16,433 nt of DNA from Myxococcales bacterium (lineage in GTDB: Bacteria; Myxococcota_A; UBA9042). The stretch spans positions 1-16,433 of the forward strand of contig JBBISH010000133.1 of the NCBI GenBank assembly GCA_037441385.1, read 5' to 3'. Made by a program: the position numbers and the translations under genes. Shown piece by piece: positions 1-6,481 of the stretch. Each line of letters begins with the position of its first letter. The first letter of the stretch is position 1. A model generated the notes under the pieces. The model searched no databases. It saw nothing but the letters and a program-made list of their open reading frames with translations, and was not told where the DNA came from.

Positions 1-2
1 AT

Positions 3-308
3 GCGCTCTACCCAAAGTCGCGGATGTGCACAGATCGGCAGTTCAGCGACTCGTATCCCGCGCCCATTCCCGGCTCCGAAGCCTACTTGCTGCTGACGAT
101 CGGGTACGCAACGACCGGCGCGACCTTTACGACCTTCGGGGTCATGCTCGACTCAGCAAGTATCGCCAACTGCCAACAGCCTGTCTCGGGGGGACCTTTC
201 ACGTACATCAATGGGTCCAGCCTGGGAGCGCTAATCACCACGGCCAAAGGCGCTTTGACCGGGTCCAACTGCTCGACCCCCCGCGTCGCCGCCTGCTGCG
301 GCCCATGA
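3..308 (+). CDS. 3' end (5'-truncated) of a hypothetical protein with a Cys-containing C-terminal domain (ALYPKSRMCT...SNCSTPRVAACCGP)
   Basis: Frame 3 is open from the window edge to TGA 306-308. The stop overlaps the next ATG (ATGA, 305-308). The 'YPxSRMCT...C...C......ACC' pattern resembles C-terminal head domains of secreted myxobacterial proteins (from recall, not searched). Confidence 0.7.
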   Translation, partial: ALYPKSRMCTDRQFSDSYPAPIPGSEAYLLLTIGYATTGATFTTFGVMLDSASIANCQQPVSGGPFTYINGSSLGALITTAKGALTGSNCSTPRVAACCGP

Positions 309-868
309 TCCCCGCGCTGCTCCTCTGCTTTTCGCTGACCGCCACCCCGACGTGCGCGGTCCAAGCCCCAGTGCCCGACGTGGCCGCGCCGCACCCGCTG
401 TGGTGCCTGCCGACGGCCGTGGCCGCGGTGCTGCAGTCTCGCGGCAATCACCAGACGACCCCGCGCGACCTGGCGCGCCAAGTGACCATGTACCAAGACG
501 GCACGACGCTTGCCGAAATCGGCCGCGAGCTGGACCGGCGCGGCGTGCCATGGCTGGCCTGGCAGGGCCCGCTGGAGCGGCTGGAGCGCGTGCTGGCCCT
601 GGGGGCGCCGCTGGTGGCGGTGTCGCAAAACCCCAGCCAGAATCATGCGATCGTGCTCGACGGCGCGCAGTGTTGCCCGGCCCCGCCGTGCTCAGTGCTG
701 CGGGCCATGGACCCGGCCAGCGGTCGGCACAGCCTGGTGGCAGCGGCGACGTGGGCCAACGCGGCCTATTTGCTGGTGGATCCCCCGCAGCGCCCGGTGG
801 TGGCGCGGCTGCTGGCGGCGGACCGGACCGTGCGCGTCCTGGCCCAGGGGCGGGCTTGGCCGCAGTAG
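305..868 (+). CDS. Secreted papain-fold C39-like cysteine peptidase, 187 aa
   Basis: ATG 305 is coupled to the upstream stop. Hydrophobic N-terminus MIPALLLCFSLTA. Motifs WCLPTAVAAVL (Cys34), DGTT, GAPLVAV, NHAIVLDG (His114) and MDPASG (Asp136) occur in the order of the C39/C39-like Cys-His-Asp triad. Confidence 0.75.
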   Translation: MIPALLLCFSLTATPTCAVQAPVPDVAAPHPLWCLPTAVAAVLQSRGNHQTTPRDLARQVTMYQDGTTLAEIGRELDRRGVPWLAWQGPLERLERVLALGAPLVAVSQNPSQNHAIVLDGAQCCPAPPCSVLRAMDPASGRHSLVAAATWANAAYLLVDPPQRPVVARLLAADRTVRVLAQGRAWPQ

Positions 869-885
869 TTTGTTGAATTCAGTGG

Positions 886-914
886 TTGTCGTGGCTCCGC
901 GGCCACGCTAGACT
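886..914 (+). promoter_or_regulatory. Putative sigma70-type promoter TTGTCG-N17-TAGACT for the 967-3620 gene pair
   Basis: -35 at 886-891 and -10 at 909-914 with a 17-nt spacer, intergenic, upstream of RBS AGGAGG (952-957). Confidence 0.5.
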
Positions 915-966
915 GCGGGGTGACTCGCGCCAATTCCGTCGCTGCGGACCCAGGAGGCTCCTCGCC

Positions 967-2640
967 ATGGCCAAAATGCGCTGTTGGACTCTGCTGTTGG
1001 CGCTCGCCCTGCCCGGCGGTCTGGTTGGTTGCGGCAAAGAAGGCCCACCGGCCACCCTCTCTACCGCGGGCAGCGATGGCGGCGGCGACGGCGGCAACCT
1101 GAGCGAGACCAGCGCGGGGAACAGCGACACCGAAGCACCCGACACAGAGGCGCCCGACGCCGTAGGATCCGACACCGAAGAGCCCGACACCGAAGCACAA
1201 GATACCGAGCAGCCCGATACGGTTGCGGATTCCAACCCAGCCGATGCCCAAGATACCGCCGATGCAACTGGTCCAGAGGCCGGCACGGCCGCGGACGTCG
1301 AAGCCGACAGCGCCACGGACATTGGCGAAGTCCAGTCCGACAGCACCGCCCCGCAATGCCAGGTTAGCGCCGACTGCGCGGGCGACAAGGTGCTGTGCCT
1401 CCAAGGCCAGTGCGTCGCCCAGGTCACCTGCAAAAGTGACAAACAGTGCAAGGACTTGGGGCAGGTCTGCGCCGCGGACCTCGGCGTTTGCGTCGAGTGC
1501 TTGGGCAACGACGACTGCACGAACGGCGCCACCTGCAAGGCCCACCACTGCGTTCCACCGCCCGCGCCGTGTGCATCCAGCAAGGAGTGCCCCAAGGGCC
1601 AGGTCTGCGACAAGACCGCGGGCAAGTGCGCCGAGTGCGTCAGCAGCGACGACTGCGCCACCGGCTACACCTGCGCCGAAACCGTTTGCGTCCCGGCCAT
1701 GTGCAAGCCCGGCACCGCCACCTGTGCCGACCCCAAGACCCTGCACGCCTGCAAGACCGACGCCAGCGGCTGGCTCGACACACCTTGCCCCGCCAACCAA
1801 GCCTGCGAGGACGGCGCCTGCCAGCCCGTAATCTGCGTGGGCGGCCAGAAGACCTGCGACGGCAACAGCGTGGCCAGCTGCAGTACCCGCGGCACCCAGC
1901 AGGTCAAAACCCCGTGTCCGCAAGGGCAGATGTGTGCCGCCGGCGCCTGCGTGCCCCAGGCCTGCAGCCCCGCTGCGCAGCAGTGCCAAAACGACCAACT
2001 CGCCACCTGCAAAGCCGACGGCAGCGGCTGGACCAGCGCACCCTGCCCCAGCGGCCAAGCGTGCGCCGGCAACCAGTGCGCCGCCAAGATCTGCGAGCCC
2101 AATCAGGCGTTTTGCGCGGGCAGCGTGGTCAAAAAGTGCGACACCAGCGGCACCGTCGCCACCGCCCAGACCGACTGCCTGACCATCAGCAGCGTCAAGT
2201 CGATCTGCCTGGGCGGTCAATGCGTCGCGGCGGCATGCAGCGCCGGCGAGACCAAGTGCGCCGACGTCGCCACCCTGGCCACCTGCAAGGCCGACAGCAG
2301 CGGTTACGCCAACGCACCCTGCCCCAGCGGCCAAGCCTGCGACGGCGGCGCCTGCAAGCCGACCATCTGCTTGCCGGGCGAGGTGTTCTGCGGCGGCAAC
2401 ATCGTCAGCACCTGCAACGCCAGCGGCACCGCCGCCCAAGCCGGTACGGACTGCAGCGCCAGCGGCCAAGTGTGCAACCTGGGCAAATGCGAAGTGGTCC
2501 AGAGCGGTTACGCGGTCATCGCCACGTTCGCCGGCCTGGCCGACAGCGCCGCCGGCCTGTACCGCGTCATCGAACAGCGCTGGCTCAGCGCCACCAGCTG
2601 CAGCGGCAGCTACTGCGTCACGGGGGGATTCGCGCCATGA
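967..2640 (+). CDS. Cys-rich repeat lipoprotein, 557 aa (lipobox, acidic stalk, CxxxxxC repeats, six tandem 6-Cys repeats, C-terminal CVTGGFAP)
   Basis: RBS AGGAGG lies 9 nt before ATG 967. Signal peptide ends LVG-C22. An Asp/Glu/Thr/Pro-rich linker precedes regularly spaced Cys repeats. Strong GC3 codon bias. The stop overlaps the next ATG (ATGA 2637-2640). Confidence 0.9.
   Translation: MAKMRCWTLLLALALPGGLVGCGKEGPPATLSTAGSDGGGDGGNLSETSAGNSDTEAPDTEAPDAVGSDTEEPDTEAQDTEQPDTVADSNPADAQDTADATGPEAGTAADVEADSATDIGEVQSDSTAPQCQVSADCAGDKVLCLQGQCVAQVTCKSDKQCKDLGQVCAADLGVCVECLGNDDCTNGATCKAHHCVPPPAPCASSKECPKGQVCDKTAGKCAECVSSDDCATGYTCAETVCVPAMCKPGTATCADPKTLHACKTDASGWLDTPCPANQACEDGACQPVICVGGQKTCDGNSVASCSTRGTQQVKTPCPQGQMCAAGACVPQACSPAAQQCQNDQLATCKADGSGWTSAPCPSGQACAGNQCAAKICEPNQAFCAGSVVKKCDTSGTVATAQTDCLTISSVKSICLGGQCVAAACSAGETKCADVATLATCKADSSGYANAPCPSGQACDGGACKPTICLPGEVFCGGNIVSTCNASGTAAQAGTDCSASGQVCNLGKCEVVQSGYAVIATFAGLADSAAGLYRVIEQRWLSATSCSGSYCVTGGFAP
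1126..1215 (+). repeat. Six degenerate 15-bp tandem units (GACACCGAAGCACCC-like) encoding DTEAP/DTEEP/DTEQP pentapeptides
   Basis: Units start at 1126, 1141, 1156, 1171, 1186 and 1201, read directly from the sequence. Confidence 0.85.
1702..2490 (+). repeat. Six tandem ~43-48-aa 6-Cys repeats in alternating A/B types
   Basis: A type, C..G...C....L.xCKxDxSG(W/Y)...PCPxxQAC...C, occurs three times. B type, C......C.G..V..CxxxGT......C......C..G.C, occurs three times. Near-identical DNA at ~2002-2064 and ~2278-2340 (276-nt period). Confidence 0.85.
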
Positions 2641-3620
2641 ACCTGCAGCAGAACAACCGGGTTCGCTTGATCATTGGCTCGCTGGGCCTGCTGGTGCTGG
2701 GGGCGCTGGGCGGCCGCGCGCTGGCCACCGGGGCGCCGTCGCTGTCGCCGCTGACCTACACCGGCGTGGTGACTGACAAAACCGGCAAGCCATGGGCCAC
2801 CGCCGTGCCCGTCAGCGTCGCGTTCTACGACAAGGCCGACGCCCCCACCGCCAAGTGCACCAGTCCCATCGTGCAGGCGGAGGCGGGAACTGGGCGATTC
2901 CAAGTGGTTTTGCCGGCCGAGTGCGCCCAAGCCGTGCACGACACGCCCGACCTGTGGGCCGAGCCGGTGGTCGGCGACACCAAGACCGTGTTGCCCAGAA
3001 CCCATGTGGGCGCCGTGCCTTACGCGCTGGAGGCGGACTCGGCCAAGACGGCGGCGGTGGCGACCGGAGCGCTGAAGACCAGCCTGGACGCGCTGCAAGC
3101 CGACGTGGCGGCGCTGAAGTCGGCGGCGGGCGGCGGCGGCAAGGGCGGCGCGCCGCAAGTGCATGATGGGGCTGGGGCTTTGCTGGGGACGCTCATCGAC
3201 ATTCAACCTGCGTCCGGCTCGGGACCGGAGACGGTGCGGATGGTGACGCCCGGCGGCGCGCTCCTGACAAGGTTCAGCAACGGCGCAATTCCGTACGGAT
3301 TCAACATTGCCTACTCGGGCAACAACTGCACGGGCACGCCCTACCTGGTCGTGGGGCAGCAGCCCCAGATGAGCAACGTCGCCGTGTACGACCAGATCGC
3401 CAAGAAGTGGTTCGTCACCAAGCCGACCGACAGCCAGAACTACTGCTATGCGCAAGGCACGACGACCGTCGCCTCCATGCAAGATATCTACGGAATGTGC
3501 ACTAATATCAACAACTACAACAACAACAGCCAATATGTCTGCAGCCTCTCGGCCACCACCGCCGCGGCGCTGGGTCTGCCGGACACCATCGCGCCGGGCC
3601 TTTCGTTCAAAGCGCCCTGA
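2637..3620 (+). CDS. Secreted hypothetical protein, 327 aa: signal peptide, 'LTYxG..D..G.P...GxF.V.L...LPR...GAVPYAL' domain, short coiled coil, Gly linker, Cys-containing head
   Basis: ATG 2637 is coupled to the upstream stop. Signal peptide ends ...GRALA. The N-terminal domain resembles that of fibre/collagen-like secreted proteins (recall). Heptad segment LKTSLDALQADVAALKS, then GGGGKGG, then a head with YSGNNCTGTPY. Confidence 0.85.
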   Translation: MNLQQNNRVRLIIGSLGLLVLGALGGRALATGAPSLSPLTYTGVVTDKTGKPWATAVPVSVAFYDKADAPTAKCTSPIVQAEAGTGRFQVVLPAECAQAVHDTPDLWAEPVVGDTKTVLPRTHVGAVPYALEADSAKTAAVATGALKTSLDALQADVAALKSAAGGGGKGGAPQVHDGAGALLGTLIDIQPASGSGPETVRMVTPGGALLTRFSNGAIPYGFNIAYSGNNCTGTPYLVVGQQPQMSNVAVYDQIAKKWFVTKPTDSQNYCYAQGTTTVASMQDIYGMCTNINNYNNNSQYVCSLSATTAAALGLPDTIAPGLSFKAP

Positions 3621-3638
3621 TTTCAGCCAGTAGAAATT

Positions 3639-3930
3639 GCCTGCCTTACCGGATAGCTACTAGCACCCTAGTTCTATTGGAAACCTGTGCGAACCGCGGC
3701 ACTTAGCCCTCACCGTGCCGCCTGCGGCGGCCGCCCCGCTCTCCCGGCGCCGCTGGCGCCACTCGTTCGCTTCGCTCACCGCGGGGACCCCTCCTCTCCC
3801 AACGCTTTGGGCGAGGGGCAATGCAATTTCCCTTTACTCCTCGCCCACTTCAGTGGGAGAGGGGTCGGCCGTAGGCCGGGGGTGAGGGCCATTCGACGTG
3901 GCGGCAGAGTAGGCAAGCGGTAAGGCAGGC
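3639..3930. mobile_element. Non-autonomous MITE/REPIN-like element with 13-bp perfect terminal inverted repeats and internal REP-like hairpins
   Basis: GCCTGCCTTACCG (3639-3651) is the exact reverse complement of CGGTAAGGCAGGC (3918-3930). Inner IR GCCCTCACC (3706-3714) / GGTGAGGGC (3881-3889). Hairpins at 3793-3816 and 3839-3862. It fills the gap between convergent genes and has no convincing ORF. Confidence 0.6.
3706..3889. repeat. Inverted pair of CCCTCACC...CCTCTCCC-loop-GGG(A/C)GAGG REP-like units
   Basis: CCTCTCCCAA-cgct-TTGGGCGAGG and CCTCGCCCACT-tc-AGTGGGAGAGG are mirror-image hairpins carrying the same mismatch. Small hairpins GGCC-GTA-GGCC and GCCGC-CT-GCGCGG-like GCCTGCGGC and CGCTTCGCT motifs are also present. 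May double as a bidirectional terminator. Confidence 0.7.
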
Positions 3931-3932
3931 GA

Positions 3933-6437
3933 TCAGTAGTCGGCGGCGAGCTTGAAAGTTCCCTTGCGGTCCGCCACTTGCACTTCGACGACCAGCACGC
4001 GGCCTGCGCCCAGGATGTACTGATCCTGGTCGATGAAGCGGGCCCGCATTTGCACGGCGCAGCGCGTCTCGCACGCCGCCGGCGTCTTGTCGGCCAGCAG
4101 GGCCAGCGCAAACAGGCCCGGCAGCTCGGCTTGCCAGTTGGCTTCACTGCCGCCCACGTCCACGGCCATCGGCCACAGGCGCGGCGGCACGTCCTCGCCC
4201 GCACCCGGCTCGAGCGCAAACGCCATCAGCCCCTTGTCGGTTGGTAGAATGACCAGGTGCACGCCCTGGAACACCCAGTCGCCCACCAGCCAATCGGCCG
4301 CGCGCAGCTTGGGCAGCAAACCTTTGATGCGCACCTCGGTCGGGGCGCCGGCCGGCACCACCAGGCGGACCTCGGCGGCCCCGCGCTTGGGCACGAGCAG
4401 GCGCTCGTCGCGGCCGCTGCCCACGTCGAACACGGCGGTCACGTCGCGGTTCGCGGTGCTCTTGAACTCGACCTTGATCGAGGTCGGCTGCCCCGGCACC
4501 AGCTTGTCGGCGGTCACCTTGCTGGTTATGATCGACAAGTCCTCGGCGCGCTTGCGGAAACCTTCGTTCAGCGCCGCGAGCTGCAGGTCGGCCAGGCGGG
4601 TGTTCGGCACCGCGCTCCACACCCGCGCCAGGGACTCGGGCGAGGTCTCGCTCTCTGCCGCGCGCTTGTCCACCGCCAGCTCGCGCCGCGCCGGCCGTAC
4701 CGACGCCAGGTGCGCACCCGTCTTGGCCAGGTCGCAGCTGTACCGGTACTGCAGAACCAGCCCGACTTTGCTGCGCAACGGCGGCCCCATCGGCACGCAC
4801 GCCGTCCGCCAGTTGCCGCTCGCCTGGCCGCCCGCCTCGAGCATTCGGCTGGTGTGCATCGGTCCGGCGTGCACTTCGACCACCACGGGTTGCTTGGTCG
4901 GATTGCGCAGAACCCACGGAATTACCACCTCGCGCGGCGCCAGGAAGCGCGCGGTGGTGGCGTCTGCCTCGGTCAGGTCCTTCTTGACCTGGGCGGCGTC
5001 GAGCGGGGCGGCGATGTCGACCTCGTCCGCGGCCAACTGCGGCGGGTCGAGTTGCAGCCACGCGGTCGCGTGGGCCTTGGCCGACTTCTGCAGGGATTCA
5101 TAGGCCTTGTCTGCCTCGTCCCCGTCGGGCATCACGCCCAGTGCGTCCAACCACGCCGCCTCGCCGCCGTCGCGTTGCGCTGCCTCGTAGCGCGGACGCC
5201 AATCCACGACTTTTTGCTTGCCTTTCTTGCCGTCGGGTTCGCGGCGGGCCTTTTCTTCGGCCTCGGCACGGGCCTTCTCTTCTGCCTCAGCTTTTTCCGC
5301 TTCGCGCTGGCGGTCTTCCGCCTCCTTCTTGGCTCGCTCGGCGTCTGCAGTGCGCTTGGCGTCTTCGGCGCGCTTGGCTTCGGCCTCACGTTTGGCCTTG
5401 TCCGCAGCCTCTGCCTCTTTCTTGGCCTTTTCGGCGGCCTCCGCGTCGCGCTTGGCTTTCTCGGCGGCCTGCTTTTGGGCGTCGCCGTCTTTCTTGGCCT
5501 TTTCGGCCGCTAGCTTTTGCGCTTCTGCCTCGCGCTTTTGCTTGGCCTCTGCTTCGGCGCGAGCTTTCTGCGCCGCCTCGCCGTCTCTTTTCTGCTTGGC
5601 CTCGGCGTCTTTGCGCGCCTTCTCGTCAGCCTCGGCCTGCTTCTTTTGCTTGGCCTCGGCGTCTTTGCGCGCCTTGTCATCCGCGGCCTGCTGCTTCTTG
5701 CGCTCTTTGTCGGCCGACTCGGCCTCTTTCTTTTGGCGCGCTTCGGCCTCTTTCTTGGCGCGATCGGTCGCCTCGGCCTCTTTGCGCTTCTTTTCGCGCT
5801 CGGCTTGCTCGGCTTCGCGGCGGCGGCGCTCCTCTTCGGCCTCTTTGTGCTTCTTTTCCAGCTCGGCGGTGGCGACGGCTTGGCGCTGGCGGTCCTTTTC
5901 GGCCGCCTCCAGCGCCATTTGCGCCTGCCGTTCCTTTTCTTCGGCGCGGGCCGAGGCGCGCTCGGCCTCTTTGCGCGCCTGCTCCGCTTCGGCCAGCAAC
6001 CGTTGCCGTTCCCGTTCGGCCGGCGACGCTTCGGGCCTGCTCCCGGCGGCCATGGCCACCACTTCGGCCTTGCCGGTGCGCACACAGGCGGCGACCCACT
6101 GGTACTCGGGGCCCTCCTTGTTCTTTTGGCCCTTGGCATCCACGCGGATCTCTTCGACCACCGCGATGGCGTCGCAGCCGTAGTGCCCGGCGGCATCCAG
6201 CAAATCCTCTTCGGCCTTGCCCTGCGGCGAGCTTTGGTGGGTCGGCCGCAAGCGCAGTTGCCCCAGCACGGTCGTAGGGGGCGGCAGATCGCTGACGCGT
6301 TTGGCCAGCTCGATCGGCGCGGTCATCGGCAGCGGCGGGTATTTGCCCGTGCCCACAGCGCGCTCGAACTGGATCGGACCTGCGCAGGCGGTCAGGAGCA
6401 GCGTCGCGACAAGGGTTGTAGTCTTGCAGCCTTTCAT
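3933..6437 (-). CDS. Lipoprotein, 834 aa: small N-terminal alpha/beta domain, ~260-aa E/K/A/R-rich TolA-like helix, C-terminal beta-rich domains
   Basis: Signal peptide MKGCKTTTLVATLLLTA-C18 (LTAC lipobox). Residues ~140-400 are Pro-free and charged. The segment 'VLGQL...LLDAAGHYGCDAI' resembles YbjQ/RcsF-like small domains (recall). Lies 39 nt downstream of the co-oriented ATPase. Confidence 0.85.
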   Translation of the reverse strand: MKGCKTTTLVATLLLTACAGPIQFERAVGTGKYPPLPMTAPIELAKRVSDLPPPTTVLGQLRLRPTHQSSPQGKAEEDLLDAAGHYGCDAIAVVEEIRVDAKGQKNKEGPEYQWVAACVRTGKAEVVAMAAGSRPEASPAERERQRLLAEAEQARKEAERASARAEEKERQAQMALEAAEKDRQRQAVATAELEKKHKEAEEERRRREAEQAEREKKRKEAEATDRAKKEAEARQKKEAESADKERKKQQAADDKARKDAEAKQKKQAEADEKARKDAEAKQKRDGEAAQKARAEAEAKQKREAEAQKLAAEKAKKDGDAQKQAAEKAKRDAEAAEKAKKEAEAADKAKREAEAKRAEDAKRTADAERAKKEAEDRQREAEKAEAEEKARAEAEEKARREPDGKKGKQKVVDWRPRYEAAQRDGGEAAWLDALGVMPDGDEADKAYESLQKSAKAHATAWLQLDPPQLAADEVDIAAPLDAAQVKKDLTEADATTARFLAPREVVIPWVLRNPTKQPVVVEVHAGPMHTSRMLEAGGQASGNWRTACVPMGPPLRSKVGLVLQYRYSCDLAKTGAHLASVRPARRELAVDKRAAESETSPESLARVWSAVPNTRLADLQLAALNEGFRKRAEDLSIITSKVTADKLVPGQPTSIKVEFKSTANRDVTAVFDVGSGRDERLLVPKRGAAEVRLVVPAGAPTEVRIKGLLPKLRAADWLVGDWVFQGVHLVILPTDKGLMAFALEPGAGEDVPPRLWPMAVDVGGSEANWQAELPGLFALALLADKTPAACETRCAVQMRARFIDQDQYILGAGRVLVVEVQVADRKGTFKLAADY
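5539..5675 (-). repeat. 54-bp (18-aa) tandem repeat within the charged helix
   Basis: TGCTTGGCCTCGGCGTCTTTGCGCGCCTT is identical at 5593-5621 and 5647-5675, with a degenerate third copy at 5539. Protein unit is (A)DxKARKDAEAKQKx. Confidence 0.8.
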
Positions 6438-6448
6438 GGTCGGTCCAG

Positions 6449-6481
6449 CGCGGCGGTCAGAGTAGTTCCGCGGCGGTCAGA
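6449..6481. repeat. 13-bp direct repeat CGCGGCGGTCAGA, 20-bp period
   Basis: Copies at 6449-6461 and 6469-6481. The second contains the ATPase stop codon (TCA 6477-6479). Confidence 0.75.

Noticed and set aside
26..304. N-terminal extension of the 280-aa ORF 26..868
   Set aside because: It overlaps the upstream CDS in another frame and is Arg/His-rich noise. ATG 305 gives a signal peptide and ATGA coupling.
1446..2636. N-terminal part of the 724-aa ORF 1446..3620
   Set aside because: It is an Arg/Gln-rich off-frame read of the Cys-rich lipoprotein. The real start is ATG 2637.
3501..3536. AAC-rich run (AAT ATC AAC AAC TAC AAC AAC AAC) near a C-terminus, suggestive of a diversity-generating retroelement
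   Set aside because: No second copy differing only at adenines and no reverse transcriptase in the window. It is explained as an Asn-rich loop unless a remote template repeat is found by BLASTN.
303..3620. Several proteins end in Pro-stop (CCGP, GGFAP, SFKAP)
   Set aside because: Pro is frequent in GC-rich genomes and two cases derive from CCATGA overlaps, so there is too little signal for a sorting motif.
3687..3923. Small ORFs 3687..3923 (+) and 3776..4219 (-) in the intergenic element
   Set aside because: They translate palindromic repeat DNA or overlap the 834-aa gene, with no RBS or protein-like composition.
3933..6437. Calling this gene tolA
   Set aside because: The similarity is only compositional. 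It has a lipobox rather than a TM anchor and there is no tolQ/tolR/tolB/pal context.
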